From: a virus
Taxonomy: Duplodnaviria; Caudoviricetes
Virus record (IMG/VR): IMGVR_UViG_2921473944_000002
Location: 32,001-96,000 of that record
Strand: one strand, 5' to 3'
DNA length: 64,000 bases
The stretch's first letter is position 1. Every line of letters begins with the position of its first letter. Below are positions 20,152-29,081 of this stretch, piece by piece. Made by a program: the position numbers and the translations under genes. Under the pieces are notes generated by a model. It was not told the origin of the DNA. It searched no databases and was given only the letters and a program-made list of their open reading frames with translations.

Positions 20152-20898
20152 ATGGCAGAAGAAAAGAAAATGACAAAGGAAGAACTGCGTGAGTACGTAG
20201 AGAAATTATGTCGTGAATACAACGAAAATGTACAGGACGGGAATTTTGCAGAGTCTGCAAGCTTGAACGATAAGATTGAGCAGGCGGTAAATGAATATAC
20301 GTCTATCGCTCGTGAAGAATGCTTCGCAGTTCTCAAGGCATCTGAAAATCCTATGATTGAGGCTGTAAAACAGCTGACATTTCCTACAATTCGTGCGAAA
20401 GACACGAAACAGGGAGATGAGAAGATTCCGGTTCGTGTGGTTGAGGATATTGAACGTCCTATCGACCTGCTTAAATTACATAAGGCAACTGAAGGCGGTA
20501 TCGGTGCTGACAAGAACTGGGCTTATGCGGTTGAGAAACTTAACTTCTTATTGACAGCGCAGAAAGCGAAAGATCTGGGAATCGACCCGAAAGATGTAAA
20601 TGACTCATTCGCTATGGCTGATATTTCCAAGAACTTCGATATGGGTAAAAATCCGACATCAAAGACAAACCTGCTGAAGACTTTGAACATCGTTGTTCAG
20701 GCTATGATTGGCGAGGAATACAAGGCAGTGAGCCATGATGTGAACTTCTTAATGTCAGTATTTTCACGGAAAAACAGAGCAGCTCTGACGGTAACTTGCG
20801 CAAATCACAAGTATATGCGCCAGTATTGTGCGGAAATTTGTCATCGTATCGTGATGGGCGAAACTTATAAGATTGAATTCCGCAAGGTTCGTAAGTAG
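20152..20898 (+). CDS. Hypothetical protein
   Basis: 248 aa, GAGGAG RBS. Confidence 0.75.
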   Translation: MAEEKKMTKEELREYVEKLCREYNENVQDGNFAESASLNDKIEQAVNEYTSIAREECFAVLKASENPMIEAVKQLTFPTIRAKDTKQGDEKIPVRVVEDIERPIDLLKLHKATEGGIGADKNWAYAVEKLNFLLTAQKAKDLGIDPKDVNDSFAMADISKNFDMGKNPTSKTNLLKTLNIVVQAMIGEEYKAVSHDVNFLMSVFSRKNRAALTVTCANHKYMRQYCAEICHRIVMGETYKIEFRKVRK

Positions 20899-20908
20899 GA
20901 GGTGCGAT

Positions 20909-21160
20909 ATGAGACTAACAGCATGTGAAATGCCTATCTATAGACCAGGGCGAGGAACTAATCAGGCATTGATTGAGGAATTTTCAGAGTCAGGGAATCA
21001 GTGCATGATGATAGAAGGCTGGGATGAGTCGCATCAGAGTATGAAGTCCGCCCAGTCAGCGCTAATTCAGGCGGCAAAACGTTTAGGGAAAATGCATATC
21101 AAATGTGTATCATCAGGTGGAAATTTATTTCTGATTAATACATTAACCTCCCCACACTGA
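20909..21160 (+). CDS. Hypothetical protein
   Basis: AGGAGG RBS before the ATG at 20909. Confidence 0.6.
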   Translation: MRLTACEMPIYRPGRGTNQALIEEFSESGNQCMMIEGWDESHQSMKSAQSALIQAAKRLGKMHIKCVSSGGNLFLINTLTSPH

Positions 21161-21205
21161 TGAGCCGGTAACGGCGAAACCGTCGGGAATCCGGCGGTCT
21201 GTGGG
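21151..21205 (+). ncRNA. Type I hammerhead ribozyme
   Basis: Stem I CCCACA/TGTGGG, CTGATGA core, stem II GCCG-gtaa-CGGC, GAAA, stem III CCGTCGG-gaat-CCGGCGG, GTC cleavage triplet at 21197-21199. Confidence 0.92.
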
Positions 21206-21247
21206 TATCACAAACAAATAGCGAAAGCCGTATGGCGAAAGCGGAAA

Positions 21248-21694
21248 GTGAGGGAATCTATGAAATCAATGAATATTGATGAAATGCGGGAATATATGTC
21301 CCGTCCAGAGGGAAATTGTTGGGTAGGCGTGAATACGGCTGATGGCAATATGGCTATGGTTTCTCGCTACGGAACGACAGAGGAATTTATCTGTGAGTAT
21401 GATGGAAAATTATGCGGTGATGAAATGGAAACTACAGACATCGAAAAGGCTTTGAGATGGTTATGGAATCGTAAGGCAAATAAAGGCGGTATGAGTTTCT
21501 TGGTATTCCGTCGCAGAGTTGATGGAATGATAAAGAAAGCTGGTGGTGGGATTTCTGTATCATACAGAGCAGATAGAGAAAACGGCAGGCATATTGCTCA
21601 ATGCTCTGACGGCACAAAGATCATCGGCAGTACAAGCAGCTTGCGAGTTTCCGTCCGTTGGGGAGCAGGACACGCTGCTACGGCAGAATTGTAA
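21248..21694 (+). CDS. Hypothetical protein
   Basis: ORF in the plus-strand gene string. Confidence 0.6.
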   Translation: MRESMKSMNIDEMREYMSRPEGNCWVGVNTADGNMAMVSRYGTTEEFICEYDGKLCGDEMETTDIEKALRWLWNRKANKGGMSFLVFRRRVDGMIKKAGGGISVSYRADRENGRHIAQCSDGTKIIGSTSSLRVSVRWGAGHAATAEL

Positions 21695-21700
21695 GGATTA

Positions 21701-22000
21701 TTGTATATGAGTAAAAAGATGTATCACGCAAGATATGATGAGTGCGACGGCATGAGTCGCGAGGAATACATAGAATATCGCCGGGAAATTCAGAGAGAGA
21801 AGAGAAAGGCGGAAGTAGAAAGGAAGAAAAAGATGATTAAGCAGAGATTGATGGGCATTGGAATGCTTTTAATTAGCGTTCTGATTTTTGTTATGGCAAG
21901 TCACGCTCAGGTTCGAGGAGATATTGACGGAACTCCATTGTTAATCACGGTTCCGATGGGATTATATATGTTGTTCTCGAAAGAGTGCTGCATAATTTAG
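21701..22000 (+). CDS. Small membrane protein
   Basis: Two C-terminal hydrophobic segments. Confidence 0.6.
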   Translation: MYMSKKMYHARYDECDGMSREEYIEYRREIQREKRKAEVERKKKMIKQRLMGIGMLLISVLIFVMASHAQVRGDIDGTPLLITVPMGLYMLFSKECCII

Positions 22001-22010
22001 GAGGTGTGCT

Positions 22011-22601
22011 ATGAAGGTATATAGAACTTCCGAGGTATTAGCCGGAGGAAGATATGAAGTAGGAGATATCGTCAGATATACATTGGAAACTGGCGAGGAA
22101 GTTGAGGCAATAGCGGTAAAAGAGGAATATATAGGGAATTATGAGCCGTGCATGACGTTCATGCTTTTGGATTGTTTGAAAGATACTTGTCGCATGAATC
22201 GTGGCGATACGAATGAAGGCGGATACGAAAAATCATATCTTAGAGAATGGCTTAATAAGGAATGTATTGAAAAATTCCCATTTGCCATGAGAATGAACAT
22301 GATTCCGTTTGAGAATGGAGATCTGCTGAGCATTCCGACAGAACGTGAGATTTTTGGACAGAATATATATGGTGAGGAAGAGCCGGACACAGTAGAACAG
22401 TTTGAACCGATGAAAAAGAGACGAAATCGATTAGCTTCCGATGGATTAAATGGAGGGTATCAGTATTACTGGCTGAAGAATAAACGTGTGGGGTCTGCGG
22501 CTTACTTCTGCTATGTGTACTACATCGGCGTTGCGGGCGGCTACGGCGCGTCTTATTCTCTTGGCGTTCGTCCGCTTTATCGTCTTCGTAACTATCGGTA
22601 A
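22011..22601 (+). CDS. DUF6273-like protein
   Basis: SYLREWLN...YWL...GVRP pattern. Confidence 0.6.
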   Translation: MKVYRTSEVLAGGRYEVGDIVRYTLETGEEVEAIAVKEEYIGNYEPCMTFMLLDCLKDTCRMNRGDTNEGGYEKSYLREWLNKECIEKFPFAMRMNMIPFENGDLLSIPTEREIFGQNIYGEEEPDTVEQFEPMKKRRNRLASDGLNGGYQYYWLKNKRVGSAAYFCYVYYIGVAGGYGASYSLGVRPLYRLRNYR

Positions 22602-22815
22602 TCTAGCCACCATTTATGGTGGCGAATGGCTTTCCAAACGGAGGTGGTCTAATGGATTTAACCGTAAGGTTTGTGGTTGTAGAAACCAATACAGTAGTTG
22701 ACAAAACATTTAGCAATTACCTAGAGTGCAGGCGATTTGTAAATAGGTGCAGGCATTCCAGAAAGATAAAGTTGATATTTTACCCTACATTCAGGGATTA
22801 AGGAGAAATGGGAAT

Positions 22816-23331
22816 ATGTCAGATAAGATGAAACAAGATAGAGCGATTTCTGTAGGAGAAAAGATATTTTTATCTGTTGCGATAATTATTATTGTAATGG
22901 TTCTTGCAACTCTAACAATTACTCAAGGAAAATCTACGGAGCATACATATGAAGTAGATACAGAAGAAATAACTGTCGATTATTCAGATGCAGAGAAATT
23001 CTTTTTAATGGATTTTGAACAGAGATATCCAGATTATCAAATATATGATTCCGGAGATTTAACAGCTGAGATTCTTGAAAACAGGAATGGGAAAGTAATT
23101 GTTGAAAGATGTGTGGGAATTGTAACCGATTCAGAGACAGGTGACGGGATGATATTGAACACAGACCCGGATCACTACTACATATCATATGCAGGAGTTG
23201 ACGGCGTTACGGACGGAACTGTTATTGTATCATACATGGTTTACAGTACAAAGAATAATTCCACTGATGATATCGAAGAAAGATATGATTATATTGCATC
23301 GAGGGAATATGAACAGGAGGTATGGATGTGA
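22816..23331 (+). CDS. Membrane-anchored hypothetical protein
   Basis: N-terminal transmembrane segment; AGGAG RBS upstream. Confidence 0.55.
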   Translation: MSDKMKQDRAISVGEKIFLSVAIIIIVMVLATLTITQGKSTEHTYEVDTEEITVDYSDAEKFFLMDFEQRYPDYQIYDSGDLTAEILENRNGKVIVERCVGIVTDSETGDGMILNTDPDHYYISYAGVDGVTDGTVIVSYMVYSTKNNSTDDIEERYDYIASREYEQEVWM

Positions 23332-23609
23332 TTAAAGAAGAGATGATGGCAAAGATTGCAAGCGACACGATGATTAGTCGTGGAATCGTAGAAGATGTCG
23401 TAAATTCGCTGCTAGAAAATATTGAGCAATCTTTAGTAAATGGTGAAAACGTAGTATTCAGAGGATTTGGCACTTTTGAAGCTAAAGAAAGAAAAGCAAA
23501 GATAGGAAGAAATGTGAAAGCAGGCATTCCTGTTCAGATTCCAGCGCATATTACTCCAGTATTTAAAGCAAGTGACGCATTAAAGAAAAAAGTATATAGA
23601 GAGGTGTAG
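23322..23609 (+). CDS. HU family DNA-binding protein
   Basis: GENVVFRGFGTFEAKERKAKIGRN...PVFKASDALK. Confidence 0.9.
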   Translation: MDVIKEEMMAKIASDTMISRGIVEDVVNSLLENIEQSLVNGENVVFRGFGTFEAKERKAKIGRNVKAGIPVQIPAHITPVFKASDALKKKVYREV

Positions 23610-23611
23610 TT

Positions 23612-24223
23612 ATGCAGAATATAGATGTCACAGCTTCTGAAATTTGGGATTACTGCCTAAATCATCAAGAAGCACTTTCGAGAAATCAGCATTTGATGGC
23701 AGAAAATCCAGATTACGGGATGGAAGTCTGGCTAACGATGATAAATGGTTCCCCGGAGCTTATTGTGGAATGTGATGGTAGTGAAATCTATCGGGAGGAT
23801 ATCCTGAATGAAAAGGATGCAAAGAAAACAGCTGATAGGATATATGAAGATTATCTGAGCATCAAAGCAATTGAAACATTGACTGACGATGGCAACATGA
23901 CGGTTGATGAAGATACAACGGTTTATATCGAGGATGAAGAAGATGATGAGCAGTCATTGATTGATGAGAGAGAAGATGAGATTGAGTTATCTGTCAGGGA
24001 TTTTGTAAGTGTAGTGTCAGATACAGGGTGTTACAACGTAGAAGATGAAGTCATCGATGATTTAAAAGAACATTTCCTTGAGTATATGTATCGAAAATGG
24101 GGAATCGGAATCTATAGACCGATGTACCTTGAAGATGCAGATACAGGAGAGGATTATTTTACGGAATATCCATACGATGATCTGGTATATGAGGATGATA
24201 ATCCAATATATAAACAAGAGTAG
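23612..24223 (+). CDS. Acidic hypothetical protein
   Basis: 203-aa D/E-rich ORF. Confidence 0.65.
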   Translation: MQNIDVTASEIWDYCLNHQEALSRNQHLMAENPDYGMEVWLTMINGSPELIVECDGSEIYREDILNEKDAKKTADRIYEDYLSIKAIETLTDDGNMTVDEDTTVYIEDEEDDEQSLIDEREDEIELSVRDFVSVVSDTGCYNVEDEVIDDLKEHFLEYMYRKWGIGIYRPMYLEDADTGEDYFTEYPYDDLVYEDDNPIYKQE

Positions 24224-24341
24224 TTAAAGCCGACGATTATCGTCGGTATGCTTACCAATGCTCGGCTTCCGGGATGCCAACCCAAGCGTAAGCGGATAGC
24301 GCAAACGGAGTAAATATAAGAGAAAAAAGGAGATAAAAATT

Positions 24342-24731
24342 ATGGCAAAAGTAAAAACAATGGGACAGGCAATCGTAGTAGTATCTGATGTGAAACTTGA
24401 GGATATCAAGAAGATTGAGAAGTATCGTCCAGATGCGCTGGTTCTTAAAGGCGGCGAGGACAATAAAGAAGAAATCTTCAGAATCGGTACAGGTAGCAGC
24501 AGTATCAATACATACGGAGCTTCTTTCTGTGAAGAGACTCGTGATGATGATAAAAAGGCTGTTATTACTATGACAACAGGTTACAACGGAGATGATATCA
24601 AAGGGTTCATCGCAGATGAGCTTGGTGCAGCTCTGACAAACCTCGGAAAGCTTGAAAAAACTATCCCAGCAGTCATCGATGCTATCGACAAAGAAAGAGA
24701 AGCTATTATGTCTGGCATTACAGTTGCGTAG
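24342..24731 (+). CDS. Hypothetical protein
   Basis: 129 aa, strong RBS, followed by a terminator hairpin (24745-24774). Confidence 0.7.
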   Translation: MAKVKTMGQAIVVVSDVKLEDIKKIEKYRPDALVLKGGEDNKEEIFRIGTGSSSINTYGASFCEETRDDDKKAVITMTTGYNGDDIKGFIADELGAALTNLGKLEKTIPAVIDAIDKEREAIMSGITVA

Positions 24732-24831
24732 TCTTGCAGCATGTGGCTACCGTCTAGTTGCGGTAGCCATTTTTAAAAACTGAATATGGTACAAAATACA
24801 TAATTTTTAATGAAGAAAAGGAGATCAAACC

Positions 24832-25059
24832 ATGATTAAAGTTACAGTAGGAAATAACGTAAAAAGAAACAGCGTAATCGTAGATGAGGCAACAACTCTG
24901 AGATCAGTGCTCGAAACAAATGAAATTGATTACACAAGAGGAACAATGCATCTTGATGGTTCTACACTGCAGCCGGGAGACCTTGATAAGTCATTCTCTG
25001 ACATGGGAATCAGAGAAAAATGCTTCCTTCTGAACGTAGTAAAAGCTGATAATGCGTAA
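24832..25059 (+). CDS. Ubiquitin-like (beta-grasp) protein
   Basis: 75 aa with Ubl/ThiS-like pattern (MIKVTV...TLRSVL...LDG...LDKSFSDMGI...LLNVV-tail); upstream of E2-like, JAB and E1 genes. Confidence 0.6.
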   Translation: MIKVTVGNNVKRNSVIVDEATTLRSVLETNEIDYTRGTMHLDGSTLQPGDLDKSFSDMGIREKCFLLNVVKADNA

Positions 25060-25159
25060 GTAGTTAAAGCCGACGATTATCGTCGGTATGCTTACCAATG
25101 CTCGGCTTCCGGGGAGAAATAATCTCCCCGGTATTATAGGTAATCACGGAGGCGCTACT

Positions 25160-25804
25160 ATGGCAAAGAAAAAGAACAACTTTTATGCGGTAAAGAAAGG
25201 AAAGATTCCCGGTTTATATAAAACATGGGATGAGTGTAAAGCGCAGGTTGATGGCTTTAGTGGCGCTTTATACAAAGGGTTCTCAACAAGGAAAGAGGCT
25301 GAGAATTACTTGGATGGCAATATTGAATCAGAAGAAGATTCTTTAAACGAGGCGGAGGTTACAATATATGTAGACGGAAGCTATGATGAAAACACCAAGG
25401 TGTATGGATATGGTTTTGTGGTTATCAATAAAGACGGAACCGTAGAAAAATATTATGGAGCAGGAAATAATCACGAGTCTGCAAAATTAAGAAATGTAGC
25501 AGGAGAGATGCTTGCGTCTATGAACGCTGTTAGATATGCAATTCAACACGGGTATAAGTCTGTGAAAATTTATTATGATTACAGTGGTATAGAAATGTGG
25601 GCGACTAAGGAATGGAAAACAAAGAATAATTTAACCACGAAGTACGCTTGCGCAATGCAAGAATGGATGTCAGAAATTTTAATTTCGTTCCAGAAAGTCG
25701 CAGCTCATACAGGCGTCGAATACAATGAAGCCGTAGATCAGCTTGCAAAATTTGCGGTAAGTAATTTTTGTAAGGAAAACAGTATAGGGAATGGAATGCG
25801 TTGA
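25160..25804 (+). CDS. Ribonuclease HI with N-terminal hybrid-binding (Cauli_VI) domain
   Basis: FYAVKKGKIPGLYKTWDECKAQVDG; YVDGS, RNVAGE, YYDYSG, KVAAH...NEAVDQLAK. Confidence 0.9.
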   Translation: MAKKKNNFYAVKKGKIPGLYKTWDECKAQVDGFSGALYKGFSTRKEAENYLDGNIESEEDSLNEAEVTIYVDGSYDENTKVYGYGFVVINKDGTVEKYYGAGNNHESAKLRNVAGEMLASMNAVRYAIQHGYKSVKIYYDYSGIEMWATKEWKTKNNLTTKYACAMQEWMSEILISFQKVAAHTGVEYNEAVDQLAKFAVSNFCKENSIGNGMR

Positions 25805-25942
25805 GGCGCTGATAGATGGTTCGATTCCATCCGTTCCATCTATCTCATAGATGGAAATGAGATATGAGGAGGCTGTCCGAGATGTAAGAAACAGTCGGCT
25901 TGTGGATTGCCGGTACAAATATGCTGAAAATCCATATTAAAC

Positions 25943-26016
25943 GGATTGTTAGCTCAGGTGGTTAGAGCAACCGGCTCATAACCGGTCGGTCATCCGTTCG
26001 AGTCGGATACGATCCA
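25943..26016 (+). tRNA. tRNA with CAT anticodon, most likely tRNA-Ile2
   Basis: Cloverleaf; CCGGCT-CAT-AACCGG anticodon arm typical of Firmicute tRNA-Ile2. Confidence 0.85.
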
Positions 26017-26043
26017 TTGAATATTTAAAAAGGAGGAATTAAA

Positions 26044-27609
26044 ATGTTCAGACCAACCATTAACAATACGCCATTGACATCACAAATGGCAAATAGCTAT
26101 TTCCAAAATATTTATGGAGATAACTTTAATTCTGATGTAACTTTTGTTTCAACATTAAGAGCATTGGTTGCAAATAGAATCAAAGACGATGAAAGAGTAG
26201 TACTTAAGTTCAGGAATAGTTCGTTCGATAAAGACACAATTGAAGGCGCAAGCGATATAAATGTGTTGAATGCTGTATGTAATCCAATGAACTATGCAAA
26301 CGGTACAATCATTGTGCATAATTTTAGAGGAAATGCACAAGGGAATTTGGCATCTTTCCGAGTAATGGAAAGAGGATTCACATCAACATATAGTGGATTT
26401 GAGAGAATCGTTAAAGTAACAGAGTTTTTTAGAAAAACTTTTTACTCGTTATGTTTTGTTAACCCTAACACTAAGCAGGTTGTAATATTCATAGACAACC
26501 TAAATATCCGTCGTATGCATTATTTACAGTGCGCCATTTTTGCATTTATGCCTTGGTATTTTGATCCAAGTGAAGGTGTTACGGCAGATGAAATGGAACT
26601 GATTCAATCGTTAAGAGAGACAACGCCTGACAGATATATGGCTGCGATTGCAAAGATTGCATCTGCATATGATTTTAGATCCATGCATATCAGAAACGAA
26701 CTTAAAGGTTTCGAAACAATATACGAGAAAAGACAGTGCGCAGAACTCGAACAAAATATCGAATCGTATCTCCGCAATATTAGAGACTATAACGATCAAA
26801 TTGCGAATATTCTTAGACAAAAATACGATGCTGAAATTAGATTGCTTGGGCTGAAAGATAAAATTGCGGCATCAGAAGGGGAAGATTCAGAGATTATGGA
26901 ATACTTCCTCTGCAATTCGAAGCTCGATTTGGAGTATGTTAATAACTCTGACCTGACATTTGTTGTCAAGGATTATCTTATGTATTTCGATGAAGATATG
27001 GCAAAGACAATTATTGATAACAATCGAAGCTATATATATCGAAATTCCAGAGATTTTGATGCAGACGATGTGAAGAAGCTGATGTATGCGATTTTCATTG
27101 ACCAGACAATCAGGCTGCGATTCTGCTGTGCGTATACACTCCGGTTAGGAGAGCGTGTCAGAGGATTAAGCGATTACGATTATAATGAAACCTATAGTAC
27201 ATATATGCCAAATCCACATATCGACAGATATAGTTGTCTGGGAAATTACGAGCGAACAATGAACGAAAGACTTAGAGATAATGATGCTATTGGAGCAATA
27301 GAATTATGTATTTCTTCGTGTAAGAGTTTGAATTTCAGTGACAGTACGGTTATGGAAACTTTCATGGCTCGCATGACTGGGGAACATGGATATAGACACA
27401 ATAAATGCATTGAACTCCCAGATGGAAGTGTTGTAGATATGAAAGGTGCTATTGCGTGGATGAAAGAACAGGAAGAAGCTACTGAGCAGAAAGAAGAAAC
27501 TACAGAAAATGAGCAGGAAGTTCCTGAAAGACCGGAACAGGCGGCAGATACAGTTGAAGAGCCAATCGAAGATGATATTGATTTGCCAGACGACGAATTT
27601 GAATTCTAA
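26044..27609 (+). CDS. Coiled-coil protein with putative C-terminal prokaryotic E2-like domain
   Basis: NPHIDRYSCLG resembles the E2 HPH/N...C active site; lies between the Ubl and JAB/E1 genes. Confidence 0.5.
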   Translation: MFRPTINNTPLTSQMANSYFQNIYGDNFNSDVTFVSTLRALVANRIKDDERVVLKFRNSSFDKDTIEGASDINVLNAVCNPMNYANGTIIVHNFRGNAQGNLASFRVMERGFTSTYSGFERIVKVTEFFRKTFYSLCFVNPNTKQVVIFIDNLNIRRMHYLQCAIFAFMPWYFDPSEGVTADEMELIQSLRETTPDRYMAAIAKIASAYDFRSMHIRNELKGFETIYEKRQCAELEQNIESYLRNIRDYNDQIANILRQKYDAEIRLLGLKDKIAASEGEDSEIMEYFLCNSKLDLEYVNNSDLTFVVKDYLMYFDEDMAKTIIDNNRSYIYRNSRDFDADDVKKLMYAIFIDQTIRLRFCCAYTLRLGERVRGLSDYDYNETYSTYMPNPHIDRYSCLGNYERTMNERLRDNDAIGAIELCISSCKSLNFSDSTVMETFMARMTGEHGYRHNKCIELPDGSVVDMKGAIAWMKEQEEATEQKEETTENEQEVPERPEQAADTVEEPIEDDIDLPDDEFEF

Positions 27610-27622
27610 GGAGCGTTGAATT

Positions 27623-28576
27623 ATGAGTAAAATGATAAAATTACCACAGGATATCCTTGATCAGTATACAAAGGAGTTTTACGAAACTTTAAGATCAGGA
27701 AAATTTCCAGATGGGAAAGTTAATTTTTCCAAGACATTAGGGACTGTTGATAGAAAAGCAACAGTCCTTTTTACAGAGTTGGCATGGCAGAAAATGCAGC
27801 TCCTTATCAGGGAATTTAACGATGAGGTAGCATGGCACGGCATCGCAACGAGATGTGAAGAGCAAGATACATATCTCATTTCTGATATTTTGGTGTATCC
27901 ACAGGAGGTTACAGGAACTACTGTTACTACAGATCAGGAAAAATATCAGATGTGGTTAATGGAGCAGGAAGACGATATATTTAATAACATTAGAATGCAG
28001 GGTCATTCTCATGTAAATATGGCAACCAGCCCATCCAGTGTGGACTTGAATCTATATGAAAGTATCCTAGATCAGCTCAGTGGTGATATGTTCTATATCT
28101 TTATGATTTGGAATAAGAGCGGGAGCAAAACTGTAAAAATTTACGACCTCAGAGAGAATATTCTATTTGAGACTTCTGATGTTACAGTATCCATTAAAGA
28201 TGTTGGCGATATGTCTGGATTTTTGAAAGAAGCAAAGGAATTGGTGCAGAGAAAAACATATACATCTACATATGGCGGAAATGGATATCCGTATTCAGGA
28301 TATGGTGGATACGGTGGCTATGGAGCCAAGAAAAAAGATGAAAAGAAAGATGTGACAAGCCTGGGAAAACACAAACCCCTTACGTCAGAAAATAAAAAAA
28401 GCAAAGGACGTAAGGGGAAGCGTAAGAAAGGAAATAAATCTACTAAACAGGTGACATTAGATGATTACTTCGGATTATCAACCCAAGACGTCGATGGATA
28501 TGATGACGCAGATCTTGATGGTCTGAGCGAGTATGAGGATGAATATTGGCGACGTAAATATGGTTTCGATTGCTAG
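27623..28576 (+). CDS. JAB/MPN+ (JAMM) metalloprotease
   Basis: Glu in EVAWHG plus GHSHVNMATSPSSVD (HxH-x7-S-x2-D). Confidence 0.85.
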   Translation: MSKMIKLPQDILDQYTKEFYETLRSGKFPDGKVNFSKTLGTVDRKATVLFTELAWQKMQLLIREFNDEVAWHGIATRCEEQDTYLISDILVYPQEVTGTTVTTDQEKYQMWLMEQEDDIFNNIRMQGHSHVNMATSPSSVDLNLYESILDQLSGDMFYIFMIWNKSGSKTVKIYDLRENILFETSDVTVSIKDVGDMSGFLKEAKELVQRKTYTSTYGGNGYPYSGYGGYGGYGAKKKDEKKDVTSLGKHKPLTSENKKSKGRKGKRKKGNKSTKQVTLDDYFGLSTQDVDGYDDADLDGLSEYEDEYWRRKYGFDC

Positions 28577-28589
28577 GGTGGTGAGATAA

Positions 28590-29066
28590 ATGACAAGAGA
28601 TGATTTTCAAAGGGACGTAAGTAGCTGGTCTGACCTGAGAGCATTCTGTAATGAATATGGGTGTTCGGTATGCGAAGATGTATATTCGCAAGAAGAAATG
28701 GATGAAGAGATTAGTTCAAATCTAGTACAAATGGCGAGAGATGCGAGTGATTGGCATGAACTCTATCATCAGCTTGAAGATATACCAGATGGGTATTATT
28801 TTTATCTTAAAAATGAGTATGATGAATTTTCTGGCGCTGATGATGATGACTTTGAAAGCTATCGCTCTGATGCTTTTGAGTGGGGCGAATACGAGGGAAT
28901 CTTCGAGGATGAAGAGGAAGAAGACGATGACTACGAGGAAGAACTCGAGGAGACAGAGGAGCATTGTGATCCAGATGACGAGTACGAGGTCGGAAATGAA
29001 GATATTCCAATTGCAGATCTTTTCATAGTACCGAAAAACGGAGATAGAGGAATTTATAATGTATAA
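28590..29066 (+). CDS. Highly acidic hypothetical protein
   Basis: 158 aa with D/E runs, between JAB and E1. Confidence 0.6.
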   Translation: MTRDDFQRDVSSWSDLRAFCNEYGCSVCEDVYSQEEMDEEISSNLVQMARDASDWHELYHQLEDIPDGYYFYLKNEYDEFSGADDDDFESYRSDAFEWGEYEGIFEDEEEEDDDYEEELEETEEHCDPDDEYEVGNEDIPIADLFIVPKNGDRGIYNV

Positions 29067-29081
29067 CACAAGGAGGACAAT

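Larger units (their letters stand above)
24219..25113. repeat. 55-bp exact direct repeat pair (24219-24273, 25059-25113) with internal hairpin
   Basis: AGTAGTTAAAGCCGACGATTATCGTCGGTATGCTTACCAATGCTCGGCTTCCGGG twice, 840 bp apart. Confidence 0.9.
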
